Source of the DNA: Raillietiella orientalis
Taxonomy: Eukaryota
Assembly: GCA_036172245.1 (NCBI GenBank)
Contig: JAYWIR010000004.1
Coordinates: forward strand, 558,001-622,000
DNA: 64,000 nt
Direction: 5' to 3'
In this document: positions 35,801 through 49,499 of the stretch, piece after piece
Numbering within the stretch: position 1 is the stretch's first letter
Layout of the letters: the number at the start of each line of letters is the position of its first letter
The notes under the pieces: generated by a model
What the model was told of the DNA's origin: nothing
Databases searched by the model: none
What the model saw: the letters and a program-made list of their open reading frames with translations, nothing else
Translations under genes and position numbers: made by a program

Positions 35801-38800
35801 CCCAGAGTTTCGCTTCACGCAAACGAGGCTGAGGTGGACGACGGATGGCCGGCGGATTCCTTGAGAGCGTGATGGCTTGGAATGTCTCGCCAGAGACGGG
35901 TTGAGTTTATCCCGAGCGCCGGCGCGGTCTCCAGATCGCCTCGTAAGGAAAGCTGCACCGAACGCCATTTATCTCATTCTTCCAGCTGCAATGAAAGGAA
36001 GCTTCCCAGCAGTTCTAGTGCGACGCACGTCAATGCTGCACTTCAGTGCGTGGTGGGCATCGTTGCTCTGGAAGTGGGGAGAGTCTCTGATAGATTCGGG
36101 ACTTTTGACATTGCTGCTACTGCTGTTGCTGATGATGAGAAGGAGGAGGAGGGATTGAGGAGGAAGAGTGAGTCGAAATCCCGTCCCGAATCCAGAGCCG
36201 TTTCTTTCCTAATTCCCCTTAGAGTTGCGCGCATCGCCCCGAGCAGTCCCCGACAAGGCGGATAGGAAGGAGGTGCTCACTCCTGTGTCGGCTACATAAT
36301 CCCTGCAGAGGGAATGGCATGCGTGTGGGCGGCCCACACGCACGCCATTCCCTCCGTGGGACAGAGTCGAGAGCTTGTTGCCAAGGGGACGGGGCAACGC
36401 CTCGCTGCCTCGGCAAACGAGGGACGGCAACATTGACTTTACAGGAGCTTCAGATGGTCACGGATGTCCATCTGCAGTAACAACCGGAGGAGACCAAAGA
36501 TCCATTGCAGGCCCCGACTGCAACCCTGCCTCCCCTTTCCAGAAGGGGGCTGTAGCGAGTTGAGAGCAGCTGACTCTAAGAACTCCCCCTTGCTAGGAAG
36601 CCGCGTGGCAGCTCACTTTCGTCTTGCCGAAGGCAGTCGCTCCCTCTTTCTTCTCCTCCGTATCCCTCCCTTCCCCCAGAAGCATCGCAGCAGTTAGGCT
36701 TCGTGTGGATTCTTTGACCTGGGTTAGCAGCGCTGATCAGGGAGCTCCTCTAAGGCGTTCGCGATGCCCTCAGATCGGCGTCCAGACGGCGATGCGAATT
36801 CGGCCAGTGCTCACGCAGCACCACCCTGAAGGCAAGGAGTGGGCGGCAAGATGGCCATGTCCCCGGCCGGAATGCTGACGGCGGTGCAGCGTTACCACGT
36901 CTGTGGACTCGTACGCCCGGCTGCCCAGGTGAGCCGCATCAGCAGCGGGATGATGGCGTAGGACGAGGAAACGCGCCTCCCGACCCGGCTCTTTCCGCGG
37001 CTGCCGGGAGGCGCGCATCTGGGCGCGGCAACGCGGGGGAGGCAGCGTTCCCCCCGTGCTCCAGCGCATCCCGGCCGGCCAAGAGGAATCCCATTGTTCC
37101 TCAAAACCGCAGGAGCGATGCGCCGGCAGAACCGGTTGGCGGTTGAGCGTCGAGTCAGGGATGCTCAGGACAATAAATCATCCGGATCATTTCGAAAAGG
37201 GCGGAAACAAAAGCGTCTGGGATCCTCCCTCCTGACCTCGGAAACAAAGGGGACGGTCAGCATTCCCCCCCAGTTAATGAAGCGCGGCCGGATTCTGTCC
37301 AAGAGACGTGGAAGCCGGGAACACCTTGATGGGAAGCGCGAAAAACACACCGGCAATTTGGCGGAAGGGGACAAAGGGAGCAATCCCGAAATGATGGAGG
37401 CATCTGGATAGGAGGGAGAAGGGGGGAACGTCTGCGGTGGCTGCGGTTGCGCAGCGCTCCGCCACCGTGCGCCCGCAGCCACCGCCCTCCCCAGCCGGAT
37501 GGCCCGGCGCGCACGCGCAATCCCCTCAGTCCCCTGAGCGCCAGCATCCTCGGCTGAGTGGGGAAGGACAGGAGGTCGGAGGAGGCGTGGCGTCCGCGCG
37601 AGCGGTCTGAGGAAGGCGCGGCAGTCCTCCGGAAGCGAGGAACTTCTGGGACTATTCTCGGAAACCGCTTGTGCGCTGACGCATAGTGGTTGCAGGAGCG
37701 GGTGGTCGCGTCTGCAGTGACTGCTAATGCGTCACTACCGTTATCGACCAGGCGTTTTCTTTCCCATCAACTCAACCACCACCATTACTGTCGACGATGT
37801 CACCATTATCATTTTAGGTAACGGGAGTCCTCATGAGCTTTATGAAGCAGCTATTTTCTCCCTCTGTAACCAAAGGAATCCTCTCGGCAGCCACTTGAGT
37901 CTATTCGATCGCATCTTTTATAGGATGCAACTTCCTGCATCTTATAAAAGAAAAACTGTCAGTCTCGTCATTTCTTCGATGCAAAGAAACATATGCTGGA
38001 AAGCTCTGCAAGAATGCAGAGAGGGGTGAGGTGAGGGTGAGCCACTATGAAGTTGGGAAGAAGATGGAGGGATGGAAAGAATGAAAGGAGACTTTTTTCT
38101 CCGTTTTTGGTTCCAAAACTCCTCTCAGACAGCAGCAGACGATCCAGAAGCTGCCTGTTTAAGACTCCCTTCCAAACTGCTCTCCAGGACTTAATTGGTC
38201 CGGAGAGTTTTTCCAGAGCATTTGGGGGTCGAGTGGTGCAGCCGTTATGAGGAAGGATTTTCAAAGACTCCATCGAGAATAGTGGAGCAAATGGGGTCTG
38301 TTCAAATTCTGCACATACAAGAAAAAGGATATATAAAAAGACGGAGGAATTTCCGTTATCTTCTTCTCTTGTCCCTTCAAATCTCTTCTGTGGTTTCGGA
38401 GGCTCTCCGGCTGCGTGCAGCGATCCATCCATCCTGTGATGCTGTGTGCTCAAGCACACCTTTCTTTTCTGATGCGTTCCGCTTGCTCATTGGGTAATTT
38501 CAACTCCCTCAGCATCATCTCTCAGACGAAGATCCTTCCACAATGCTCTTGCAGCAGCAGTCTCTCCTTTGAAAGCCGAGTGGAGGATCCATCGCCAAGA
38601 CTCGCACCCCTTCTTCTTCTGTCTTGCCTTTTCCTACGCTGCAGATCCAGGGGATCAAGCGACGTCCAGTGCAACTGCATTTCCCCGCCCTGGAGCACCA
38701 GATACGACTTGAGCTTTGATTCCCTTTCCGGAACAGTCGGTCTTGTCGGTAGCTACCAATTTCTAGTCTTTCAGGGTAGCCTTCTTGATCTGTGTCACCA

Positions 38801-40499
38801 TCTCTTTGACCGGAAACCATTATCTTCAGTCACCAAGGAGGGAAACATAGGAAGCGAATTTCCAGCACGCGACCGCTGCTGGAGATGAACTGCACAATCA
38901 AGCGGATTTCTGCATTGAGCGGGGAAGGCAGGAAGGGTTCAAAGGAAATTCCTGCGAAACTCTCTCTATCCAAACATTAGTTGCTACGATTTACCACGAC
39001 GCCCCAGGTGCCATGCCACAGCAAAATGTAGAATTGCCTGATGTGCACCTCAGTGAAGATGCACCGTCCCACGGACGCGAGTATGAGGACTGCGACCGTG
39101 AGGCGCAAATTCATCTCCTGCATCTGCATAGCCCTGGGGAAGAGATCATGGCACGCCCCAACTGAAAAGCACCCCGATCAATGTAAGAACAGGTGCTACG
39201 TAGGATTCCAGTGAGTGTTGAATCAATTTCTTGATCAGGGGAGCAGGAACCATTCTCTCTCGGCTCTCTTCATCCTTGTGAAATCTCCTACGAGTTGTGC
39301 CATCAAGGTACCTACTCGGTCTGGTCTTATCACGACAAGAAGCACGACAACGATCTCATGAGGTGTGTCAAAGAAGCTACTTGAAAATGGTGGCAGCTGG
39401 TGGCTCTCCAAGTATCAGAAAGTCGGACGTTTTCAGTGCTTGAGAAGAATCAGATTATCACTGCCCTTAGTAAATGTTGCCCCTTCGAGAGATCGGTGAC
39501 CACTCTGCAAGAGGCATGGCAAAGAAATGAGAGTCCACTCCAAAATGGTCCTCCGCCTGGCTTCCTCCGGAGTAGCACAGGCATCGGTCCGATTGCTGGC
39601 GGTGGACTCGCTGGAGTTCTGGGATCCGAGGAGCACCGCTAGGACCGATAGCAACTCAGGATCCCCTTTGAGTGTACGAAGGTCCCATCACCATGCAACA
39701 TGGCTGCTACGCATCATCTGGGTCATCAGAGGAGATAAAAACAGCTGAAGTACCAAGCGCTGCAACAGACAGCTCCTACTGAGTCGGGAATGCAAGCGAA
39801 ATTCCCTAGTGTCATGCATTTAAATTAAGGACAACACCCTGAAAGCTTCGTCCGCATGAACATGGCATTACTGGTGGAACGAATGGTGAAACTGACCCTA
39901 TTCGATCCAAAAACACTCGTACACCAAGATTACTATCGTAACCATTCTCATTATCATCGTCGTCAGCAGCTCCGCCATCACCAGCACTATTATCATTATC
40001 AGTGCCGACGGTATCGAATCTTTCGGAGATCTTCCTCTCTCCCAGAGCAACCACATCTCACTGTGGCCACACCCCGAACTTTTGAATAAGTCTGTTGCTC
40101 AGTGGAAGCGAGATGTCTAATTCCACGAAGACGCGATAGGAGAAGGAGAATGTTGTTTCGCCGATTACTACAGCTTGTAGCCTCAGAGGTGCACTGGATC
40201 TCTAGGATCGGTCTTCAGAGACACCCCAGACAACTTCCCAGAAAAGTATAAGGTTTTGTTGGCTCATCTGATCTGTTAAGGGTAGAGTTTCCTTCATCAA
40301 GAAGCAAAAGTGCTGGTGGAAGAATGCTGAGTAGGCTAAATTAACTTGGGAATGCTGGGAAAAGGATCTATGAACTTCTAGCGGAATTCAGGGTGGTTCT
40401 CCGTCGCTCGCGGATCTCCCAAGAACACGAGAGCGGTTGCTTAGCAGCAAACAACTGTTCTCGTGTTCTAGGCACTAGCTGGCACATCTGAATCTCAAA

Positions 40500-42477
40500 A
40501 CTCAATGCTGTAACCCCATAGTTCCTCCTTCAGCAGTTGGACTCATTTTCAGAACTCCACCCAATTTTACAGAATTCATACTGAACATCCACTTCCATAT
40601 TTAGCAATATTCCCACGAATGTCCCCCATCACGGAACATCCTGTCTTCCTTGTTTCATGGTTACAGCATAGTGATTCTAAATAACTGACTCTAAGCATGA
40701 GTAAAGACGACTTGCCGGTGAGGCCAAAGCAAAGGTAAAAAGGGGGCTTGAAGATGAAGGTTGGTTTGTATTCTTGTATTTCACAGAGATGAAATGAACC
40801 TGCATAGAAACGGTAAACGTTCTATCTTTTCACCCAGATTTTCCCCCCGATATCCACACAGATCGGATGCATCCTCGTAGGCATCCACCGCTTCGTTTGG
40901 AGTCCGTGACTTCCAGTGAGTCCAGAGAGTCAAGAGGTTGCGAGCGACGAGCACCTGCTCCGGCGGCCACTTGGCACAAAAAACTCTGCAGTTGCGTTTC
41001 AAGACAACGGATTTCCGGCTTCAGCGGAAGCCCAAGCGATATCAAGTTTCTTTTAATTTATTGTCCCCATTCTTCTTCGAAGCAGCGAGCAGGCTCTCGT
41101 AATGGCACTGCGATTCGAGAGACCCGTGTTGATGCTCCAGACAATATACTTGTTTCCGGCATGGATATCAAAAAAAAGCAAACCGAAATTGTGCTGGATG
41201 CTAGCATAGGGCATGGCATGACCCATGCCATCCTGTGGCAAGGGTCTTCCACAGCAAGTTCCTGAGTGTCCATTAGACGCGCGTAGGATTTCAGCATCTC
41301 TGCAGGAGTTTCTGAGGCGGAGCCAAGCTTCCTCGGACACGAGATCTGTGACTTTTCAAAAAGCTGGTCTTGGAGGGAGCTTTCCGAATGCAGGGATTGG
41401 GGAAGTGCGAGAGTTTTGCAAGCGGTGGCGCTGGCGCACTCGGCTCTCGACGTCACGGCTGCTCAGACCGTTGCTTACCACGACGACCAAGCTCTTCAAG
41501 AAGCTCCACAGAAAAACCAACTTGCTTGGGGACCCGCACAATTGTTTCCTCGTCCTGAACAAAAGAGCCTGTGAACTGTGCTGGAAGTCACGCTTCCGCG
41601 AGGATGCTGGAATTTCATCGATAATGGCAGAAGCAGTGCCCCTGACAGAGAGTCGTTCCAACATGGGAGTTTTTTTTTTATTGTTTCAATTAGAATCATT
41701 TGTAGCAGTTGCAGCAGCGCCTGACGATCTGCGGTTAGCGGACCACATGCGGCCCAGTTGCGAAGGTCGCCCACAGCCGCGATCGAGAGGTGTCCCGTTT
41801 CATGGGATGAGGACCGTTTCGTCATCCAGGCGAGCCCCATCGGGAAGAACAAGCAAGCTATGCGAATAGCAGGGAAGCGTTTCACAGAAGTGATTCCAAG
41901 ATGATCAACCCGATCTGCTCCAGAGCACACTGAATTTTCAGCACCGAACGCATTCTCAATGGCATCGATAATGTACAGAGCGGTACATTCAAGTACACTC
42001 ATTCACTGCTGACAATGGCGTCCCTGATCATCGGAAGCATCGGCTGACAATCAACACCTTACGCAGACACGTAAACGTACGCATGCCTGTTCATCCGTAC
42101 GTAAATACCTATGGCCGGTCGCCTCATCTATTCCCCCCGAAAAGGTGGCGAATCTCCGACTCTAGTCTAGGAACGCCTCCTCCTCCACAAGGTAAAGATG
42201 CAAGCAAGAAATCATCTTTCTCAGGTGATTCGCCCCAAAGAGCGTGATGATGGCGAGTGCCCTCGCGTCTCCTCGTCACGCGCGGAGGACCATCGGATGT
42301 GGCGGTGAGTGGGCTTGGGAGGGTTTCCGCGTGCGAGCAGGTACAAAAACACGCGTTGCAATTGCCGTATGTTTGCCCGTAGGCACCTTCGAATTCCGTG
42401 GAGGGATCCCCTTCTGGAAGCTCCCGCTTCTGGAGAGGCCACCTCGGAATAGAAGAGAATTCTCGAAAGGAAGCCAT
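40500..42477 (-). mobile_element. Decayed MULE-like transposase relic
   Basis: Shares the MASFREF 5' end with 32140-33114; downstream LWTHWKSRTPNEAVDAY (ORF 40781..41002) resembles the MULE 'W...RTNN.VE' catalytic-Glu region. Confidence 0.35.
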
Positions 42478-42504
42478 GGCAGCAGAGCGAGCGTGAGAAG
42501 GACG
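41933..42504 (+). repeat. 572-bp direct repeat, copy 2
   Basis: See copy 1 (32570-33141). Confidence 0.95.
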
Positions 42505-45206
42505 GCTGGTGAGAAGGATGTGAGAGGTGCGGCGAACTTGGGCACTCTGCAAGTGCTCACGTTGTTGACATGGGAACGAGGTGTGTCCCGCTGCGTCGGA
42601 AGGGTTGTCCACCTCCGAGCTGCCACCTCGGTAGCTACCTCCCGGCTAGGGCGCTCGCACAACATGGTGTGTTCGGCGCCCGCTTGTCTCGAAAGCTTTT
42701 CTCGTCGGAAACGGGCACGTTCCCGGGCACGTGTTCTCGGAACAGTGTGATTTAGGGGCACTCTGGAAACGAGGGGGAAAATCCACCTGCAGGGCGGCAT
42801 GTGTCGCCCACGCATGCACGGCTCTGAAAACTGTGACTTCTCTATCACGCACCACGAGAGCGCGGGCTGTCATCCTCTCATCTGCTCGTTTGCCTCAGTG
42901 CGTGAGATTCGGCCCATAAATCATGGGGGAATGAGCGCCCTCCCCCACACGCTGCTATCCAGACGCTCCTGCAAAGGGATGGCCGTAGTTTCAGGTGTCA
43001 CTCGTGAACACCCACCAATCGAAGGTGGCTGTATCTTTGCAGGGCTTCAGGTTCACCAAAGGTGGACGAGCAAACGCTCGACTTCCGCCCCTTTCTTCTC
43101 CGGAGGTGACTAGGAGGAGGGGAGGTGGGAAGAGAACGTCAAAAATGCCCTCTCTGGAAACGGTCTGCCCTGCTTCCGAAACATCGCGGTGCCTGTGCGC
43201 TCCCAGCTAACGATCTCTCCCTGAGTCCCTCTGAGAGAGGGCGCGGAGCGCGCCCCCGAAGAAGCGCCGCTTTCCGGACCTCTTCGATTTTTCGCAGGGA
43301 CACAAAGGGCGAGGCTTTCGACGGGTGCGTCGGCTCACGAACGCATCCCATAGAACCCGCACTCCAGGTTCTCTGGAACTCTTCCTACCCCTCCCCCGTG
43401 CGCATGGAGTCGGGACCTCCTCGTCAGCCCCGCCGGTAAAGATCCCCGTCTCAGTGCGGAAGGGGAGAGGCAGAAGGTCTGTCGTGCTCCCGCGTGGGCT
43501 GCCCTGGAGACGGGTGCTCTTCGGCGGACGAGGAGGTGAAAGCCGTTTTTTTCTTTTTCCTTTTTCTTTCTTTCTTTTCCGGAAAAGAGTCAGGCGCCTG
43601 GTGAAAGAGGAGGAGGACCGCTTGAAAAGAGATCGGAGCGCGGGACCCAGACAGCACGAAATGCGCCCTTTGTGTCCGAGAAAAGTGTTTGTACACTGCG
43701 CGTGAAGGGACGCCTTTTTGGGAACAGCGGCACGATTCCCCTGCTTTTGATCGTCGAAGAGGGAAAACATGGCGTCATTTGTTCGGAGTGATACGCGATC
43801 TGACACCGTGCTCCAGAGATGCTTCTCACGAAATCGCTCCTCTTTTGTGGAGCCGGAAACGTTACGGCCTTCTCACGGGCTGTCATCCTTCTTTGTCGAG
43901 GCGATGACACTCGGGAACCTTGACGGATAACAAGCGATGAACAATTCCCCTCCCCTTCCCTCCTCCTTTCCTCTTCCATTGCCGGCTTTGATCCCCCGGC
44001 TCATATCTCCCTCATGGAAGACAACCGGCGGAACCCGGAAAGATGCTTCCCTCCGCAATCCTCTGTTGCCCACTTGTTGCCACGCGACGAAGTCGTCCCA
44101 TTCCCTTCCTGCTTTCTTGCCGCAGGTGACTTGTCCCCAACTGCCCGAAGGAATGTTCCGCGCTCGCTGCAAAATATGCCTCCCTCTCGGTCTATTGCCG
44201 GGCAGAATTCCTCTTGTCTCTTCGGCCATTAGGGAAGAGCGGGACGCTTACTAATCAGTCACTATCCTCAAGCACCTTTATAGAGAACAAAAGGGCTGCC
44301 AAGCTGGTGCTGATAACCCTGTGCAGGCGTTTCCTATGCGGGAAAGGTTGCTCACCGCCATCCTTTTGGGGAGACGTTTCCAAGGAAATGGTAAAATTCC
44401 GCTCATCCCGTGAAGGGAGGAGGGAAGGACGAAGTTTGTCTTTAGCCTGAGGAACTGCAACGCCGGGCTCAGCCATCTCGAGGAGGGAACCAAGATCCAA
44501 GCATTTGAATCCCATCCAGTTCCAAAAAAGTAGATCGTACCGGTCTCCAAGAAAACAGCATCTAGTGGGGAAATCTCAATTTTCCTGCTAGAATCCGCGC
44601 AAGCAATGAGAATGCACGCCAAAAACTACAGTTCTATGCGCTAGGGAGATCGCACGCATTAGCAATTCGTGACTCCATGCTCAGGAAATGGCTGAAGAAA
44701 TTTCTGAAGACTCATATCCAATGGAGGAAGTCCAACACCAGGTAGATGGCGCGTCATACACCAAACCAACAAGGGCTGATTTCATTTCTGGAAGACCCAG
44801 GATGCAGCAGAGGAATCGAAAGGGAACGAATTTCCAACGCCCCTCTCGCTCGCCGCCAACCCGCGGTCATCATCCGTCGACGATGTGTCTTCATCACTCT
44901 GCGACGGTACGAATGGTAAGATGGAGGAGGATGCGGATTCCTCCCCGCAGATTGAGGAGCTCCGGATACCCCGTCCTTCAGTGCGTGCTACGAAGATGAA
45001 CGATCGTCTTGCGGCAGCTCGGGAGGCAGCGGCCCCGGCCCTCCGCCTGTCGGATGGCTTCCCGAGTCGATGCAGACCCCGGCGCAGTTACGCGCCGTGC
45101 TGACCGGTTGGCATTGCATGCGCTTCGTCGAGGTCGCTCGAAGTAGGGTGGGCCAGAATGGGATGCACGGCGATGCGCTCCAGCACGCCGCACGGACGCA
45201 TCGTGA

Positions 45207-45480
45207 CCGCGTGGGCGGCCGTGTAGCTACCACGGCCTCCGCGCGGTGGCAGCACGCGCTGCGAGTTCGAATCCCCACGTGGAGGATCGACGCCGAGAAC
45301 GAGAGGTGCGTCGCGGGTTTCGAGTCCCCCCCCGCAGAATGACGCTGGCTGGCCTACGGACTTCGGGTTCAGCACCGGCGGAAGCCGAAAACCCGTTGAC
45401 CACGTCGACTGGTCGACGAAATTAGCAGTTGACCCTCCGGGATCCTTCCAGGAATCAAGGAGCAGCGGTTCCCTTCTTTG
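45207..45480 (+). mobile_element. tRNA-headed SINE-like repeat, copy C (3'-truncated, best-preserved head)
   Basis: CCGCGTGGG (45207-15) can pair with CCCACGTGG (45274-82); hairpin GGCCGTG-TAGCTAC-CACGGCC; box-B-like GAGTTCGAATCC (45263-74); second GGGTTTCGAGTCC; GATCCTTCCAGGAATCAAGG (45441-60). Confidence 0.7.
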
Positions 45481-48400
45481 CTTGTCCAAGGAACTTCTCT
45501 TGCGATACCTCTCTGCTGCTTAGTTTCCACGTGGATGGAGCACCCACTGAAGCAGGGAGGGGGGCTGGGTCCAATTCGCAAACGAGAGTTCTCTTACTGT
45601 CTCTCTTACTGTTCTCTTACTCTCTTACGCCTGCAAATCCCCTCCCACCTTTCGGAGAACTTGCTGGTGCTTTCGGTGCGACTCCTCCACGCCCCAAGGT
45701 CAGGAACGCCTCCAGCAATTGTTTTTCCGAGTGCTATGCTGGAGTGAGTCCCCTGTGAAGAGTGAACCGAATGTTTCTGCTCCGGTGAAACAATGCTGAT
45801 GTGGGGTTCTGCATCTTGTACTCTCGAACAACAAGGAACCGAATGTGTTTTCGCCATCTGTCAAGATGGGACGCTGGTGTTTTTCCGCTCTTCGCCTAAC
45901 TGAATGGAGAGATGTCTTCAATGTCCTCTGATCCGGACATCGAAGAGTTTCCGGGGTTCTCTAAGAAGATGTCAGGATCTTTCCACAACGCAGCAATGAA
46001 CAGCAAGGTGCTCCTGCAGCAACAAGATGTTTCGGTTCTTCAAGAAAGGCGAAAAGGAGTTTCCAGTGTTTCGGGAAGGGAAGAACCCAGATGCCACGCC
46101 ACCATCGCCCTGAGTGAACCGATTGGGCGAGTCAGGTGCCTTTGCTCCGTGACGGCGTCGCTCGGAAGAACGAACGCGAGTCCCTCGTGCTGGTTCCGCC
46201 AGGAGTGGCAACGACGCAGCAAACTGCTCCAGCAACCGAGCCGTTGCAAGAGTGCCACCCACCCTCGTGTGACAAGGCATATGGGCATGCTCCCGACCGT
46301 CTCCCAACTCAGGCCTCAGCTGCGTTCTTCCTCGCCTCCTGAAGACTCTGGTTCATATCTCGCGCCTCCCCACGAAGAAACCTTCGTGCTCTGTAAGCAG
46401 CTACCGAGGCGGAGGCTTCCCGTCTTCGGAATCCGGGGACAACAGAGCAAAGGACGAGCTCTCGGCGCCCCCACCTGCCGCTGGCTTCGGATCTCGGCAG
46501 CCAGGACTGCACGACGTGGCTCCAGGTGGGCTGTCCGCTGAAAAAGAAAGGAGCTCCTCGCGGAAGGAGGAGGAAGGGGAGGAGCCCACAGGGAGGATGG
46601 GCTTTCCGCGGAAGCACCAGACACCTCGTCGCTTTCCCTCCCCCCTGCAGCGAGCCACGCCAAGTACCAGAGCTTCTCTGGAGAGATGTTCGGAGCTCTA
46701 GCGCCGGGAAAGGAAAAGGGGGGGGAGCAAGCTCGGCGTAGGTTCAAGTGCCACGGGATCCCCGATGTAATCACCCCTTTTCCGCGAGCCACCTCACTTT
46801 GTCCGAGACAAAGGGAGCCGTGCTCCTTATTCTCTTATTAGCATGTCGTGAAAATCGGGAGATAAAGAAGATTTATCCATCTTTTCTTTGTCGCGGAAGA
46901 ATCGCGGCGTAACGTCTCTGCATTTGCATGTGAAAAAGAGGCTGCTGCAGATCCGTCTGGGAAGCAAGGCCTCGGGCGCAAAAGACCAACGGGAGACCCA
47001 GGATGGGCTCGGGCGATCAATGCGGATTACCTCTCGTTTGCCCGGGGTCAAAGGGGGAGGCGCGGCTATTCAAATGAGCACGCCATCTGAAAGGATCCCG
47101 GCCGCTGAGGAGAGGCAACGCATCCCCGCGGAGAAGACGTGCGCCGCCTCGGCGAGGAGCCCCGAGCGACTCCCTTTTTGGCCCGCCGTCCTCCTCTGAC
47201 GCGTCGGCCGCCCATTAATCATCTCGGAGACGCGTGCGGACAGGGAGCAGGGGAGCAGCAGCGCGATCGGTGACTACAAGGAGAAGGGGGAAGGAGGAGC
47301 GCGCGAAAGCCACCGGTTGCCTAGGGTTCCCTCGAAGCTCCGGCAACCCCTGCCGGCTCGGATCTTCAGGGTGCTACCATCGAGATGGAGGGGTTGACGG
47401 GGGTGGGGCGGGGAGGAAGGAGACAGAAGAGGAAGTGAAGAAGCGGAAGTAAAGCCCTTACGAAGGCTCACCTGGCAATGGTCCCCTGTCTTCCAGCGTC
47501 CCTGGAACGCAGCTCCCCAGGAAGGGACTCCCAAATGGAGAAGATCAGTCGGGAGGTGAAGGTTTTGTTGTAGTTCGGTCCTCGAGGCAAGGAAAGCGCT
47601 TGTCGGCGGCGAGGACACTCCCGAGGGACCTTCCATCGCCCGTGTCTTCGGAGAAGCGTGGGAGAGGTGAAGGACTGGTTTCCCAGGCAGCGAACTCGCC
47701 CAGGAGTCTCTGCGTGGATGGCTCTGCAATGCAAGAGAGCTCCCAGGTAGGGAAGGGGGGGTAGGGAGAGGGTTCTGGCTGCTCTCAAGGGTCAGACGGA
47801 CTTCTCCACCCCAGGCGAAGACCTGTCGCCGAGTTGCCTGTCTGGCCGAGAGGTCACTCCGTTGCTTTGCAGGAAGCGGAAACCCTCTCCGACCGTTGCT
47901 GCCCCGCGTTGTCCTTGAAAACACGTCATTTATGAGCAACTTCTCCTCCACGAAGCTGGCGCCAGGAGCGAGTTGAGGGGAGGGGGTGGAAGGAGGAGGG
48001 AAACGCCCTCCTGTTTCTCTCCCTCGCCCTCCTCTCCGCTTTTCCCTGCTCCCTTGCTCCCTCTGAGGACACCCCGCTGCTCGCGTCCTGAGGAATCGGG
48101 AGGGGAAATCCCATACCCGAAACGAACGGGAAGAGCGGAGGCGGGGGCAATGCTATAGGTAGCAGAAAGGGGGTGGGGAAGCGCGGGTTGCCCTTTTCAA
48201 GAGGAATGGGGGATGTTCGGAGTCCAAGGGAAAGGGCCGTGCTGCGCCAACGGCAATTTTTTCGTCTAGGCTGTCTCTTCTGGAGATCCCAGGTCGCTTC
48301 CTTCTCGCCCTGTGGTTCCCCTCTTCCACCTCCTCCTCCCGTCGCCTCCACATCCATTGCTCCAAGGACGCTCCGCTGCATCTCCTCTTTCGTGTCTAAA

Positions 48401-49499
48401 CCTACTAAAACCAGACATTCCCTTTTCCCGTTCCCGTTGTCCCCCATCCTCGACCTCCAGCACGCCTCCCGCTCTCCGCATTTGAAGGTTTGTGGTGAGA
48501 AAGGACTTCGGTCCTCGCTCCCGCAGATCCCTTGCGTTCCTCCTCCTGCTGCGCTTATTTCAGTAATCCCTGGTGTTCCGCTGCTAAGGTGCTCCTGTAG
48601 GGTCCCCTTCGCCGGGTCCCCCACCAAATCTCTCGCGGTGAGGCACCATGGACGCTCCATCCGAAGAGAGGTAGCTCTGCAGGGGATGCTGAAGCTTCCA
48701 GTGTAGGTTACGACCAAGAGGACGTCCTTGTCGTTGGGAAAGGAGGAAACGAAAGGGAGAGGAAGCGGCCATAGGCCGTTGAGGGCACAAGTCAGGGACA
48801 TTACTTCCTTGGCCTTCTCACGGCTCCTCCTGAAGGACGAACGGAAAGGACGGGTGGTTCTGTCCACTCCTGCAGCTGACCTCCCCTCTCTCTTCAGGAG
48901 ACGTCCTCCATCCCGGATGCCTGCCTACCCCAATCATCCTGGGAAAGGACAGGCGCCCAGCCCTCGCCAGGTGGCGACCTTCCCTCGGAGGAGCTTCGTT
49001 GTTTCCGCCCCGCAGCCCGGTTCCCCTAGATCCCTGCTTCTCCTTCCAGGAGGGATTCTTCAGGAGCATCTCTGGAGGATCTCAACTCCGTCCTGGGTAG
49101 AGCAGAGCAGAAGGAGGGAGCATCGTCGCTCACCACTGAGCGTTTCCCCTTTGGAAGCGAGATAGAACACTTCTTGGCAGAGGCAGTCGTCGGTTCCCTG
49201 CCTCCTCCTCCTGCTCTCTTCCTTCTTTAATCGAGCTGGACAGGGAAACCTTGGCGACTGATTCCTGGAGCATTGAATGGAGGGCTCAAAAAGCTATTCT
49301 GAAGTTGCCACCTCATCAAACAGACTCTGCAGCAGCCTCGGGGGCATTCCCTACAGCGCATCAAGAAGTGCAGTGCCTCTGTCTTTCCCATCGTTCTCCG
49401 TCGCCGTTTCGGTGGGACGCCAAGTTGTATCTGTGCTTGGCATTTTGCTTGCTCCGCTGGATGTGACCTATCCTGATCTTCCTTTCTTGGTGAAGTCCT

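Noticed and set aside
37257..37547. ORF starting MLALRGLRGLRVRAG, resembling a mitochondrial presequence
   Set aside because: No downstream exon with a recognisable domain could be linked; the Arg/Gly/Ala richness is explained by GC content.
39925..40005. His/Tyr/Gln-rich or acidic ORFs (39856-40089 +, 39812-40054 -)
   Set aside because: A degenerate trinucleotide low-complexity tract with no splice or homology support.
32570..42504. LTR retrotransposon with 572-bp LTRs
   Set aside because: No TG...CA termini, no evident primer-binding site or TSD, and no RT/integrase motifs between the copies.
45207..45282. Functional tRNA gene
   Set aside because: It has a box B and some stems, but I could not fold a canonical cloverleaf and there is no poly-T terminator; it is the head of a dispersed repeat.
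47926..48867. 313-aa minus-strand ORF, and similar long ORFs at 5219-6010, 54163-54981 and 59066-60247
   Set aside because: No recognisable domain; they run through homopolymer or purine tracts or SINE copies and have overlapping open frames typical of GC-rich non-coding DNA.
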